Shown piece after piece: positions 25,903 to 34,986 of a stretch of 64,000 bases of DNA. How positions within the stretch are numbered: position 1 is the first letter of the stretch; each line of letters starts with the position of its first letter. A program made the position numbers and the translations under genes. Below the pieces are notes generated by a model, which searched no databases, was not told the DNA's origin, and saw nothing but the letters and a program-made list of their open reading frames with translations. The stretch spans positions 21,963-85,962 of the forward strand of contig JBFKOW010000001.1 of NCBI GenBank assembly GCA_041628615.1. Reading direction: 5' to 3'. The DNA is from Paracoccaceae bacterium. GTDB lineage: Bacteria; Pseudomonadota; Alphaproteobacteria; Rhodobacterales; Rhodobacteraceae.

Positions 25903-26543
25903 GAGCAGTTCTCCCGGCAGTTCACGAGGTCGGCGATCAGGCAGTCGGCGCAGCGCGGCTTGCGCGCGGTGCAGATGTAGCGGCCGTGCAGGATCAGCCA
26001 GTGATGGGCATGAAGCTGGAATTCGGCGGGGACGTTGTCCTCGATCGCCCGTTCCACCGCGTCGACATCCTTGCCCGGCGCGATCCCGGTGCGGTTGCCG
26101 ACCCGGAAGATGTGGGTGTCCACCGCCTGCGCCGGGTGCCGCCACCACATGTTCAGCACCACGTTGGCGGTCTTGCGCCCGACCCCGGGCAGCGATTGCA
26201 GCGCGGCGCGGGACGACGGCACCTCGCCGCCGTACTCCTCGACGAGGATGCGCGACAGCCGGATGACGTTCTTCGCCTTGTTGCGGAACAGGCCGATGGT
26301 CTTGATGTGCCCGATCAGCCGCTCCTCGCCGAGGTCGAGCATCTTCTGCGGCGTGTCGGCGACCTTGAACAGCTCGGCCGTGGCCCGGTTCACCCCCTTG
26401 TCGGTGGCCTGCGCCGACAGCGCCACGGCGACCAGCAGGGTGAAGGCGTTGACGTGGTGCAGTTCGCCCTCGGGCGCCGGGTCGGCGGCGGCGAAGCGGT
26501 CGAACACCGCGCGCATGGTCCGGTATGGAAGCTGCTTTGCCAT
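25899..26543 (-). CDS. nth: Endonuclease III
   Basis: This is the distal 214 aa of ORF 25899..27593. It has a HhH LPGVGRKTANVVL, VDTHIFRV, and the 4Fe-4S cluster CTARKPRCADCLIADLVNC. Confidence 0.95.
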   Translation of the reverse strand: MAKQLPYRTMRAVFDRFAAADPAPEGELHHVNAFTLLVAVALSAQATDKGVNRATAELFKVADTPQKMLDLGEERLIGHIKTIGLFRNKAKNVIRLSRILVEEYGGEVPSSRAALQSLPGVGRKTANVVLNMWWRHPAQAVDTHIFRVGNRTGIAPGKDVDAVERAIEDNVPAEFQLHAHHWLILHGRYICTARKPRCADCLIADLVNCRENCS

Positions 26544-26660
26544 CCGCCCTGATCTGACCCGATCCGCCGCCGGGGGCAAGGGCCGCGCGCCGCCCCGGCA
26601 CAGGCGAATTGGCGCAAGTTCCGGGTCGCGGGCGCGCCGGGCGGCGGCTAGGGTCCGGTC

Positions 26661-27554
26661 ATGACCCAGGATGACCGCTACCATTACCACGTGATCCGCC
26701 GCGCGATCGACGCCATCGACGCCGCCGAGGCGCCGCTGAGCCTCGAGGCGCTGGCCGCCCGGATGCAGATGAGCCCGGCGCATTTCCAGCGGGTGTTCTC
26801 GCGCTGGGTCGGGGTCAGCCCGAAGCGCTACCAGCAATACCTCGCCCTCGGCCATGCCAAGCGGCTGCTGGCCGACCGCTTCACCACGCTGGCCACCGCC
26901 GACGCGGTGGGCCTTTCGGGGGGCGGCCGGCTGCACGACCTGTTCCTGACCTGGGAGGCGATGAGCCCCGGCGCCTTCGCCCGCCGCGGCGACGGCCTGA
27001 CGATCCGCCGGGGCTGGTTCGACAGCCCGTTCGGCGAGGCCCTGGTGATGGCCACCGACAAGGGCATCTGCGCCATCGGGTTCAGCGAGGAGGCGGGCCG
27101 CGCGGCGACGCTGGCCGACCTGACGGCGCGCTGGCCCGAGGCCGCATTCGTCGAGGACGCCGCCGCGATCGCGCCCTGGGCCGCCGCCGCCTTCGCCGCC
27201 GAGCGGCGCGGCCCGGTGCCGCTGCACCTGATCGGCGCGCCGTTCCAGATCAAGGTCTGGGAGGCGCTGCTGGCGATTCGGTCCGGCCACGTCACCACCT
27301 ATTCCGAGATCGCCCGCGCCATCGGCGCGCCGCGGGCGGTCCGCGCCGTGGGCACCGCGGTGGGCCGCAACCCGGTGTCGTGGCTGATTCCCTGCCACCG
27401 GGCGCTGCGCAAGTCGGGGGCGCTGGGCGGCTATCACTGGGGCCTTCCGGTCAAGCGGGCGATCCTCGCCTACGAGGGCGCCCGCGCCGACGCGGCGGAA
27501 GCTTTGCAAGACGCGCCGCCCCTGCTGGCGGCGGATCGCCGGGACAGCGCATGA
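26661..27554 (+). CDS. AraC-type HTH fused to methylated-DNA-protein-cysteine methyltransferase (Ada/Ogt-like)
   Basis: The N-terminal part is AraC-like (LSLEALAARMQMSPAHFQRVFSRWVGVSPKRY). The C-terminal part has FQIKVWEAL...TYSEIA...GRNPVSWLIPCHRA, which contains the PCHR active site. Confidence 0.85.
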   Translation: MTQDDRYHYHVIRRAIDAIDAAEAPLSLEALAARMQMSPAHFQRVFSRWVGVSPKRYQQYLALGHAKRLLADRFTTLATADAVGLSGGGRLHDLFLTWEAMSPGAFARRGDGLTIRRGWFDSPFGEALVMATDKGICAIGFSEEAGRAATLADLTARWPEAAFVEDAAAIAPWAAAAFAAERRGPVPLHLIGAPFQIKVWEALLAIRSGHVTTYSEIARAIGAPRAVRAVGTAVGRNPVSWLIPCHRALRKSGALGGYHWGLPVKRAILAYEGARADAAEALQDAPPLLAADRRDSA

Positions 27555-27659
27555 CACGCGCGGGATATTGGATAACACCCCGGAACGCGTCATAGGAAAG
27601 GGAACCGCGCCGGCGATCCGGCGTTGGCCCCATGTCCAATTGACCGGAAAGATCTGACC

Positions 27660-28310
27660 ATGTTCTCACGTCCCCTTGCCCTCGCCCTGTCCGGCGCGAT
27701 CTTCGTTTCGGCCTGCGCCGAGATCCAGGATCCCAACAACCCGAACCGCAACGCCCAGCAGGGCGCGCTCGGCGGCGCCGCGGTCGGCGCGCTGGCCGGC
27801 GTGCTGACCGGCGACACCTCGGAAGAGCGGACCCGCCGGGCGGTCATCGGCGCCGCGATCGGCGCCGGCGTCGGCGGCCTTGCCGGCGCCCAGCTTGACC
27901 GGCAGGAAGCCGAACTGCGCGCCCAGATGGGCTCGAACGCGCGGATCGTGAACACCGGCAACGAACTCATCGTCACCCTGCCGCAGGACATCCTGTTCGC
28001 CACCGACAGCGCCCAGCTGACCGGCGCGCTGCAGGCCGACCTGCGGGTCGTCGCCCGGTCGCTGAACGACTACCCGAACACCACGGTCAACGTGATCGGC
28101 CACACCGACAACGTCGGCGACGCCGCCTACAACCAGGGCCTCAGCCAGCGCCGGGCGCAGGCGGTGACCAGCGTGCTGATCAACGCCGGGGTCAACCCGG
28201 CCCGGATCCGCACCTTCGGCCGCGGCGAGGACGCGCCGATTGCCACCAACCTGACGCCGGAAGGCCGGCAGCAGAACCGCCGGGTGGAGATCGTCATCAC
28301 CCCGAACTGA
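27660..28310 (+). CDS. OmpA-family lipoprotein
   Basis: Lipobox AIFVSAC, a glycine-zipper segment (GALGGAAVGALAGVLTG), and a C-terminal OmpA domain (GHTDNVGDAAYNQGLSQRRAQAV...NRRVEIVI). Confidence 0.85.
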   Translation: MFSRPLALALSGAIFVSACAEIQDPNNPNRNAQQGALGGAAVGALAGVLTGDTSEERTRRAVIGAAIGAGVGGLAGAQLDRQEAELRAQMGSNARIVNTGNELIVTLPQDILFATDSAQLTGALQADLRVVARSLNDYPNTTVNVIGHTDNVGDAAYNQGLSQRRAQAVTSVLINAGVNPARIRTFGRGEDAPIATNLTPEGRQQNRRVEIVITPN

Positions 28311-28391
28311 CGCGGGGCCGACCCTTTTCGCGGGGCCGTCCGGGGGACCGGGCGGCCCCGTCGCCGTTCCGGCCGCGCGGGCTTTCGCCGG

Positions 28392-29813
28392 TTACTGGAA
28401 GTCGTAGACCATCTGCCCGCCCAGCAGCAGCGGCGCGCCGGGCAGGATGCCGTGCCGGTCGCAGAGCCGGTTCTGCCGGTGCAGCAGGTCGCGGGCGACC
28501 CCGAGCCGGCCGGCCAGCCCGCCAGCCCGCTCCGCGAGGGCGAGCGCCGCTCCGGCCTCGCCCCGCTGCAGGTGCCCCTCGACGGCGATCCGCGCCCCGG
28601 CGCCGGCGAGCGCCGCGTCGGGAATCGTGGCGCCGTCCCGCACCAGCGCGAGGATCGTCACCGCCAGCGTCCAGTCGAAGTCCGCGGACAGCGCGTCGGG
28701 ACGGTCCGGCGGGGCGCCGGTCTCGCCGCGCAGCCAGGGACCCGCGGCCTCGGCCAGCGTGGCCAGTTCCAGCACGTCGAGCGCCCGGCCCGCGTAGTGC
28801 CGCCGGTCGGCGGAGAAATCGAAGCTCGACAGCACCCGCACCGCGTCGGGCGCGCCGAAGCGCTCGACCAGCGCGGCGAGCAGGAAGGCCCAGGCTTCGC
28901 CGGGGCGGCGCAGCGGGTCGATCCCGCCGGTCTGCAGCGCCGCGAGGTAGGCTTCGGCGATCACCGCGGCTTCGGCCATGCGCCCGGTCTGGTGCGCGAC
29001 GATGGGCAACAGCGTGCTGCCGCCCTCGTGCAGCCCGGCCCGCAGGACGAGGAACTGCCGCTGGCGGTCGAGCAGGACCTCCATGTCCGCCGCCGCGCCG
29101 GGATCGGCCAGCGGCGCCACCCGCGCCGGCGCGGCGGTGCCGTTGGTGTTCATGTTCCGGGGCGCGGCGAGGCGGGCCGGACCCTCCGCCGCGGCGCGGT
29201 GCCGGTCCCAGAAGGCTTCGTAGGCGCCCTCGGGCATCAGCGCGTAGAGCGACCCGGCGACCTGAAGCTCGCCGCGCGCCTCGGCCCGCGCGGCGATCGC
29301 CCCGAGCACCGCGGGCGGCTGGTCGGTGAGGACGGCGTGCAGCCCGGCGCCGTCCAGCCAGGCCTCGCGGAACCGCGCGTCGAGCCCGGGGTCCGCCGCG
29401 ATGCGGTCGATGATGCCGAAGAAGGTCTCGCCGTCGTCGAGCAGCAGGATTGCCCGCCTCACCGCCAACCCGCTTCCGATCAGCGCCTCCGCCGGGTCGA
29501 TGCCCCATCGGTCCACGCCCGCGGGGCCGAGGGTGGCGATCCGGTGGGCAAGCGCCATCTCGTCGACCTGCCGGTACGCCCGGCCTTCGCGCAGCGCGGC
29601 GAACACCGCCTCGGGGGCCATGTCGCCGTAGCGGAGCATCAGGTAGCCCGCGGCGCCGCCGAAATGCCCCGGTGCGAAGCCGTCGAGCGCGCTGCGCCGG
29701 GCGAGGATTTCGGCGGACATGTCCAGCAGCAGGGGAACGTCGCAGCGCCGCACTTCCGCGCCGGCCGCAGCGCCGCAGAGCGCCAGAACGCCGCCGACCA
29801 CCAGGGCTCGCAC
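28392..29813 (-). CDS. Hypothetical secreted protein (473 aa, no recognisable domain)
   Basis: The GTG at 29813 is preceded by AGGAGG at 8 nt. Signal-like VRALVVGGVLALCGAAAGA. The composition looks real (Asp/Glu/Phe/Tyr/Trp spread throughout) rather than off-frame junk. Confidence 0.5.
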   Translation of the reverse strand: MRALVVGGVLALCGAAAGAEVRRCDVPLLLDMSAEILARRSALDGFAPGHFGGAAGYLMLRYGDMAPEAVFAALREGRAYRQVDEMALAHRIATLGPAGVDRWGIDPAEALIGSGLAVRRAILLLDDGETFFGIIDRIAADPGLDARFREAWLDGAGLHAVLTDQPPAVLGAIAARAEARGELQVAGSLYALMPEGAYEAFWDRHRAAAEGPARLAAPRNMNTNGTAAPARVAPLADPGAAADMEVLLDRQRQFLVLRAGLHEGGSTLLPIVAHQTGRMAEAAVIAEAYLAALQTGGIDPLRRPGEAWAFLLAALVERFGAPDAVRVLSSFDFSADRRHYAGRALDVLELATLAEAAGPWLRGETGAPPDRPDALSADFDWTLAVTILALVRDGATIPDAALAGAGARIAVEGHLQRGEAGAALALAERAGGLAGRLGVARDLLHRQNRLCDRHGILPGAPLLLGGQMVYDFQ

Positions 29814-29890
29814 CGGGGTCCCCTCCTGAGTTGTCCGTCCCAGCTTTCCGCAGGGGCGGTCGCGGGGCAAGGCTTTCCAACGCCGGGCCG

Positions 29891-29909
29891 TGGTCATATT
29901 GTCTGACCA
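29891..29909. promoter_or_regulatory. FadR-subfamily GntR operator candidate (TGGTCA-N7-TGACCA, containing TTGTCTGACCA = TNGTNNNACNA)
   Basis: There are perfect 6-bp inverted arms 20 nt upstream of the PdhR-like ATG, in the 115-bp divergent spacer shared with the 473-aa orphan gene. Confidence 0.55.
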
Positions 29910-29928
29910 ATCGCGGAAAGGCCCGTCC

Positions 29929-30702
29929 ATGCCCTTCGAACCCGTCCAGCCGGAAAAGCTGTCCCGCGGCGTCGTCCGCCAGATCGAACTGCTGATCCTG
30001 CGCGGCATCCTGCGGCCCGGCGAGCGGCTGCCGGCGGAACGCGACCTTGCCGACCGGATGGGCGTGTCGCGCCCGTCGCTGCGCGAGGCGCTGGCCGACC
30101 TGCAGGAAAGCGGCCTTCTGGTCAGCCGCGCCGGGTCCGGGGTCTACGTCGCCGACGTTCTCGGCGCGGCCTTCTCGCCGGCGCTGGTGCGGCTGTTCTC
30201 GGCCCATGACGAGGCGGTGTTCGACACCATCGCCTTCCGGCGCGACATGGAGGGACTTGCGGCCGAGCGCGTCGCCAAGGTCGGATCCGAGACCGACCTG
30301 AAGGTCATCGACACGATCTTCGCCCGGATGGAGGCCGCCCACGCGAAGCGGGACCCGGCCGAGGAAGCCGCGCTCGACACCGATTTCCACCTGTCCATCG
30401 TCGAGGCCAGCCACAACGTCATCATGCTGCACATGATGCGGTCGATGTACGAGCTGCTGCGCGAGGGCGTGTTCTACAACCGGCAGGTCATGTTCCGGCA
30501 GCGCACCACCCGGTCCGAACTGCTCGACCAGCACCGGCAGATCAACACCGCGTTGCAGAACCGCGACGGCCCCGGCGCGCGGGCGGCGCTGACCGCGCAT
30601 CTGGACTACGTGGAGGCGATGATCGCCGCCCAGCGCAAGGCCGACCGGAACGAGGCGGTGGCCCGGCAGCGGCTCGAGCACAAGAGCGGCGGCAACGGCT
30701 AG
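29929..30702 (+). CDS. FadR-subfamily GntR transcriptional regulator, PdhR/LldR-like
   Basis: KLSRGVVRQIELLILRGILRPGERLPAERDLADRMGVSRPSLREALADLQESGLLVSR is close to E. coli PdhR as I remember it. The C-terminal FCD domain has DFHLSIVEASHN. Confidence 0.85.
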   Translation: MPFEPVQPEKLSRGVVRQIELLILRGILRPGERLPAERDLADRMGVSRPSLREALADLQESGLLVSRAGSGVYVADVLGAAFSPALVRLFSAHDEAVFDTIAFRRDMEGLAAERVAKVGSETDLKVIDTIFARMEAAHAKRDPAEEAALDTDFHLSIVEASHNVIMLHMMRSMYELLREGVFYNRQVMFRQRTTRSELLDQHRQINTALQNRDGPGARAALTAHLDYVEAMIAAQRKADRNEAVARQRLEHKSGGNG

Positions 30703-30713
30703 GCGAAAACGGA

Positions 30714-30739
30714 ACAGGGCGGACCGAAGCCCGCCCTGT
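30714..30739 (-). terminator. Terminator of the F0 atp operon (hairpin shared with the convergent regulator gene)
   Basis: Stem ACAGGGCGG / CCGCCCTGT. On the minus strand it is followed by TCCGTTTTCG. Confidence 0.6.
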
Positions 30740-30748
30740 GCCCAATTC

Positions 30749-30772
30749 CCGGAGCGCGCGCCGGAGCGCGCG
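30749..30772. repeat. Exact tandem duplication of the 12-mer CCGGAGCGCGCG
   Basis: Read directly. The two copies are 30749-30760 and 30761-30772, immediately 3' of the atpF stop. Confidence 0.9.
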
Positions 30773-30776
30773 CGGG

Positions 30777-31343
30777 TCAGTGCAGCTTGGCCCCGGCCTC
30801 GGCGATGGCGGACTCGATCAGCGCGTCCTGCCGCTCGGCGTCCATCTGCTTGGCGATCACCTCGCGGGCGGCGGCGATGGCCACCGCGATGGCGCCGTCG
30901 CGCACCTCGCGCACCGCGGCCGCCTCGGCGCTCTTGATCTGTTCCTGGGCGGCGGCAAGACGCCGGGCCACCGAGGTCTTGATGTCCTCGCGCGCCTTGG
31001 CGGCGGCTTCCTCGGCCTCGCGCTTCGCGCTCTCGACGATGCGGTTGGCCTGCTCGCTGACTTCCTTCTGCTTGCGCTCGTAGGAGGCCAGCAGGCTCTG
31101 GGCCTCCTCGCGCAGGGCCTTGGCCTCGTCCAGATCGCTGCGGATCGAGGCGGCCCGGTCGTCGAGCATCTTGCCGATCATGCCCGGGACCTTGAAGTAG
31201 ACCAGGATCCCGACGAAGACGAGGAAGCCGAGAAGCACCACGAAGTCGGTGTTCTTGAGCGAGAAGAACGGCTTGTCGCCGGCGGCCAGCGCCGGTCCGG
31301 CGGCGGCCACGAGGACGGCGGTCAGTGCGGTCAGTCTGCGCAT
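30777..31343 (-). CDS. atpF: F0F1 ATP synthase subunit b
   Basis: 188 aa. It has a single N-terminal TM and then a long Ala/Glu/Lys/Arg-rich coiled coil, in operon context. Confidence 0.9.
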   Translation of the reverse strand: MRRLTALTAVLVAAAGPALAAGDKPFFSLKNTDFVVLLGFLVFVGILVYFKVPGMIGKMLDDRAASIRSDLDEAKALREEAQSLLASYERKQKEVSEQANRIVESAKREAEEAAAKAREDIKTSVARRLAAAQEQIKSAEAAAVREVRDGAIAVAIAAAREVIAKQMDAERQDALIESAIAEAGAKLH

Positions 31344-31346
31344 CTC

Positions 31347-31892
31347 TCAGCCCTCCATCCGGGTCTTGACCGCGGCGTTGACGCTGCGGGCGTCGGCCTT
31401 GCCGCCGAGGGCGAGGATTACTTCCTTCGCCGTCGCGGTGGCGACTTCGCGGATGCTTTCGGCGGCGCCGGCGCGGATCTCGGCGATCGCCCTCTCGCTT
31501 TCGGCGAGCTGGTCGGCGATCTCCTCGTCGGCGCGGGCCAGTTCACGGTCGAGGTCGGACTGGATCGTGGCGCGGGTTTCCTCGGCGATCTTGGTCGCCT
31601 CGGCGCGCGCGTCCGCCAGCGCCTTCTCGTAGGCCTTCTCGGCCTCCTGGGCGCGCAGCTTCAGTTCCTCGGCCGCCGCGATGTCGTTGGTGATGGTGCC
31701 CTGCCGCTCGGCCAGAACCGACGCAATGCGGGGCAGCGCGACGCGGCTGAGAACGAGGTAGATCACCACGAGCGTGACGAGCAGCCAGAAGATCTGGTTC
31801 GGGAACCAGTCGAAGCAAAGCTGCGGCATCCCGATGGCGGAGCCGTCGGCCCCGACGCAGGTGCTGGCTGCAGAGGTGGTTTCGGTTGCCAT
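31347..31892 (-). CDS. atpF2: F0F1 ATP synthase subunit b'
   Basis: 181 aa. It has a TM ([15 protein letters not shown]) plus a coiled coil, and it is the second b-type subunit typical of alphaproteobacteria. Confidence 0.88.
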   Translation of the reverse strand: MATETTSAASTCVGADGSAIGMPQLCFDWFPNQIFWLLVTLVVIYLVLSRVALPRIASVLAERQGTITNDIAAAEELKLRAQEAEKAYEKALADARAEATKIAEETRATIQSDLDRELARADEEIADQLAESERAIAEIRAGAAESIREVATATAKEVILALGGKADARSVNAAVKTRMEG

Positions 31893-31973
31893 TGCGGCCT
31901 CCCTGGCGCCTGTCTTCGGATCGCCGGCGGGCGGCGCGGGCCGCCCTGCCGGTCAGGATCGGAGACGGGTCGC

Positions 31974-32210
31974 TTAGACGGCGAACATCAGCAGCAGCGC
32001 CACGAGGAAGGCGAAGATGCCGAGCGCTTCGGCGAAGGCGATGCCGATGAAGAGCGTCGCGGTCTGGCCACCGGCGGCCGAGGGGTTGCGCAGCGCACCG
32101 GCGAGGAAGTTGCCGGCGACGTGGCCCACACCGATGGCGGCGGCACCCGAGCCGATGGCGGCGAGGCCGGCGCCGATGAACTGACCCATTTGAGCGATAT
32201 TGCCTTCCAT
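31974..32210 (-). CDS. atpE: F0F1 ATP synthase subunit c
   Basis: 78 aa. [17 protein letters not shown]...RNPSAAG...[23 protein letters not shown]. Confidence 0.95.
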   Translation of the reverse strand: MEGNIAQMGQFIGAGLAAIGSGAAAIGVGHVAGNFLAGALRNPSAAGGQTATLFIGIAFAEALGIFAFLVALLLMFAV

Positions 32211-32277
32211 GATCCTGTCTCCTTGATTGGAAGTCTGTCGATGGACGGACCTTGCCGGCCCGCCCGCGTTCGGTTGG

Positions 32278-33039
32278 TTAGTGATGCGGATGCAGCGCGT
32301 CCTTGAGGTAGACGCAGGTGAGGATGGTGAACACGTAGGCCTGGATGAAGGACACCAGCACCTCGAGCCCGTAGATCGCCGTCACGCCGAGCACCGCCAC
32401 CGGCGCCACCGCGCCGACCTGCGCGAAGCCGGCGAATACCTTGAGCACCGCGTGCCCGGCCATCAGGTTGCCGGCGAGACGGATGGAGTGGCTCACCGGC
32501 CGGACGAAGTAGGAAATCACCTCGATCAGCGCCAGCACCGGCCGCAGCGGCAGCGGCGCCGAGGACACCCAGAACAGGCTCAGGAAGCTGGCGCCGTTCT
32601 TGATGAAGCCGATCGCGGTCACCGTGAAGAACACCCCGAAGCCCAGCACCGCGGTCACCGCGATGTGCGAGGTGGTGGTGAACGACGACGGGATCAGCCC
32701 GAGGAAGTTCGAGAACACGATGAACAGGAACAGCGTGAAGATGTAGGGGAAGTACTTGAGCCCGTCCTTGCCGGACACGTCCTCGACCATCTTGTGCACG
32801 AAGCCGTAGGCCAGTTCCGCCACCGACTGGGTCCGCGACGGCACGATCGCCCGCCCCCGGGTGCCCAGCACCAGCAGCGCGACGATCCCGAGGATCGCCA
32901 GCGCCATCCAGAAGGTCACGTTCGTGGGCGTGTACCAATGCACCGCGCCGTCGCCGAACAGCGGCTTGACGATGAACTGGTCGAGCGGGTGAAAGACCAG
33001 CCCGCCGCCCTCTCCGTGTGCTTCAGCTTCGCTTGCCAC
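32278..33039 (-). CDS. atpB: F0F1 ATP synthase subunit a
   Basis: 253 aa. It is polytopic, with the conserved [17 protein letters not shown] segment. Confidence 0.95.
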   Translation of the reverse strand: MASEAEAHGEGGGLVFHPLDQFIVKPLFGDGAVHWYTPTNVTFWMALAILGIVALLVLGTRGRAIVPSRTQSVAELAYGFVHKMVEDVSGKDGLKYFPYIFTLFLFIVFSNFLGLIPSSFTTTSHIAVTAVLGFGVFFTVTAIGFIKNGASFLSLFWVSSAPLPLRPVLALIEVISYFVRPVSHSIRLAGNLMAGHAVLKVFAGFAQVGAVAPVAVLGVTAIYGLEVLVSFIQAYVFTILTCVYLKDALHPHH

Positions 33040-33394
33040 CGGCGTCGCTCCCGTTCTCGGGCGGCTTCGTGCCGCCGCCGTATTCCTGCACCTCCCGGGC
33101 GGTCCGCAGCATGGTCTGAACGCCGGCCGCGAAGCCCAGGAATATGAACAGCACCATCAACCAGGGCTTTGTGCCGAAGATGGCGTCCAGCCCGTATCCG
33201 ATGCCGAAGCCGATCCCGAGACCGGCCACAAGCTCTATCACCATCCGCCAGGCGATCTGCGCCTGGGTATAGTGCTCGTCTGCGTGGGGGCTGCGGTCCT
33301 CGGCCCCCCTCAGCCGCGCGATCCGTTCGTCCAGCGCCTTCAGCCGGTCCGGATCGGGTGACTCTTGCGGGTCGGACACGCGGATTTCCCCCAC
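33023..33394 (-). CDS. atpI: AtpI/AtpZ-like ATP synthase protein I
   Basis: 123 aa. It is the first gene of the F0 operon, has two TM helices, and overlaps atpB by 17 nt. Confidence 0.75.
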   Translation of the reverse strand: MGEIRVSDPQESPDPDRLKALDERIARLRGAEDRSPHADEHYTQAQIAWRMVIELVAGLGIGFGIGYGLDAIFGTKPWLMVLFIFLGFAAGVQTMLRTAREVQEYGGGTKPPENGSDAGGKRS

Positions 33395-33688
33395 TGCGTC
33401 AGTGGCAGGGGATAGGGGCGCGAGCCGGCAGAGTCAAGAAATTGGGACCGGCGGGCAAGACGCTGATCCGGCTTGATTTTTCCGGCCCCGCCGGGCCGTT
33501 GCGCCAATCCGCCGCCGTCAGCGATATTCAACCGATCAGTTGAGCTTTGCCGGCGTCCCCGCCGCCCGGACGGCCGCCCGTCGATCGGGATCCGGTCGCC
33601 GTCCGGCATCGCCGCCGCCCCGGGGTCCGCGCGGCGGCGGGCCTGTCAACGCTTTCCCGGCGGCGCGCCCACCGGTAGGCTGGCCGCG

Positions 33689-34033
33689 ATGGCACAGACG
33701 CTCGACACCGTTTTCGCCGCGCTGGCGGACCCGACCCGGCGGGCGATCCTGTCGATGCTGCTCGAGGACGACATGGCGGTGACCGACGTGGCGCAGCCCT
33801 TCGAGATGTCGCTGGCGGCGGTGTCCAAGCACCTGACGGTGCTGACCAATGCCGGCCTCATCAGCCAGGAGCGGCGCGGCCGGGTGAAATGGTGCAAGCT
33901 GGAGCCCGACGCGCTGCGCGCGGCCAGCGTCTGGATGCAGTCCTTCGGCCAGTTCGACGCCATCGACCTCGACGCCTTCGAGCGGTTTCTCGGCGCGGAA
34001 CTGGGCGGGGACGGCGTCCCGCCGCCGGAGTGA
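33689..34033 (+). CDS. ArsR/SmtB-family transcriptional regulator
   Basis: Internal ATG of ORF 33473..34033. FAALADPTRRAILSMLLEDDMAVTDVAQPFEMSLAAVSKHLTVLTNAGLI. Confidence 0.85.
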   Translation: MAQTLDTVFAALADPTRRAILSMLLEDDMAVTDVAQPFEMSLAAVSKHLTVLTNAGLISQERRGRVKWCKLEPDALRAASVWMQSFGQFDAIDLDAFERFLGAELGGDGVPPPE

Positions 34034-34037
34034 GCCG

Positions 34038-34910
34038 CTAATCCCGCAGCAGCACCAGCAGCGCCGCGACGGTCAGCCCCAGCCCGGCGAGGACGATGCC
34101 CGGCGGCCCCGGCTGACCCAGCGCGACCTGCCACAGGAGCACCCAGGACGGCGTCAGGTAGGTGTAGGCCATCACCTTCGCCGCCGGCAGCCGCAGCGCC
34201 GCGAACTGCAGCAGCAGGAAGGTGGCGGCGCTGGCGAAGACCGCGACGTAGACCAGCGTCACCCAGACCACCGCGGGCAGCGCCGCCCAGTCCGTCGCCC
34301 AGAGCGCCGGCGCCCCCAGCACCAGCAGGATCGCCGCCCCCGCCACCAGCGTCCCGAAGGTGAAGGCGACCGGGCTTTCGCCCCGGTTCAGCCGCGCCAC
34401 CAGCGGCGTGTAGAAGGCGTGGGCCACGCAGCCCAGGAAGTAGATCGCCTCGCCCCGGCCGATGTCGAAGGCGAGCAGCGCGCCGAGATCGGCCCGGAAG
34501 ATCACCCAGAGCGCCCCGGCCGCGCCGATCGCCAGCCCCAGGGCGATCCGCGGTGACATCCGCTGCCGCAGCAGCAGGTATCCGAACCCGCCCGCCATCG
34601 CCGGGGTCAGGGTGAAGATCGCCGCCGCGCTCACCGCCGGGGCGGTCTTGAGCCCCTCGAACATCAGCACGAAATAGGTGGCGAGGAAGCCGCCCAGCAG
34701 GCCGTAGCGCCAGGGCGACCGCCAGGCCGCCCGCGGGACGCCGCGCGCCGCCGCCAGCGCCCCGACGATCGCCCCGGCCAGCACGAAGCGGGCGGCGGTG
34801 AGGGCGAGCGGCGCGATCTCGTTCGCCGCCATCACCCCGAGCGCGAAGGACCCGGCGACAAGGCCGGAGAACGCGAACATCGCGAGGTGTCCGGCCGCGG
34901 CCGGGGTCAT
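34038..34910 (-). CDS. DMT-superfamily (EamA-like) transporter
   Basis: 290 aa with about ten TM helices and an EamA-type repeat architecture. Confidence 0.8.
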   Translation of the reverse strand: MTPAAAGHLAMFAFSGLVAGSFALGVMAANEIAPLALTAARFVLAGAIVGALAAARGVPRAAWRSPWRYGLLGGFLATYFVLMFEGLKTAPAVSAAAIFTLTPAMAGGFGYLLLRQRMSPRIALGLAIGAAGALWVIFRADLGALLAFDIGRGEAIYFLGCVAHAFYTPLVARLNRGESPVAFTFGTLVAGAAILLVLGAPALWATDWAALPAVVWVTLVYVAVFASAATFLLLQFAALRLPAAKVMAYTYLTPSWVLLWQVALGQPGPPGIVLAGLGLTVAALLVLLRD

Positions 34911-34986
34911 CCGGCTGTCATCGGTCGGTCATCGGGCTGCCATCGGGCGGTCATCGGGGGCGCGGCGCGGGGTCGGGGTCCGGGGC

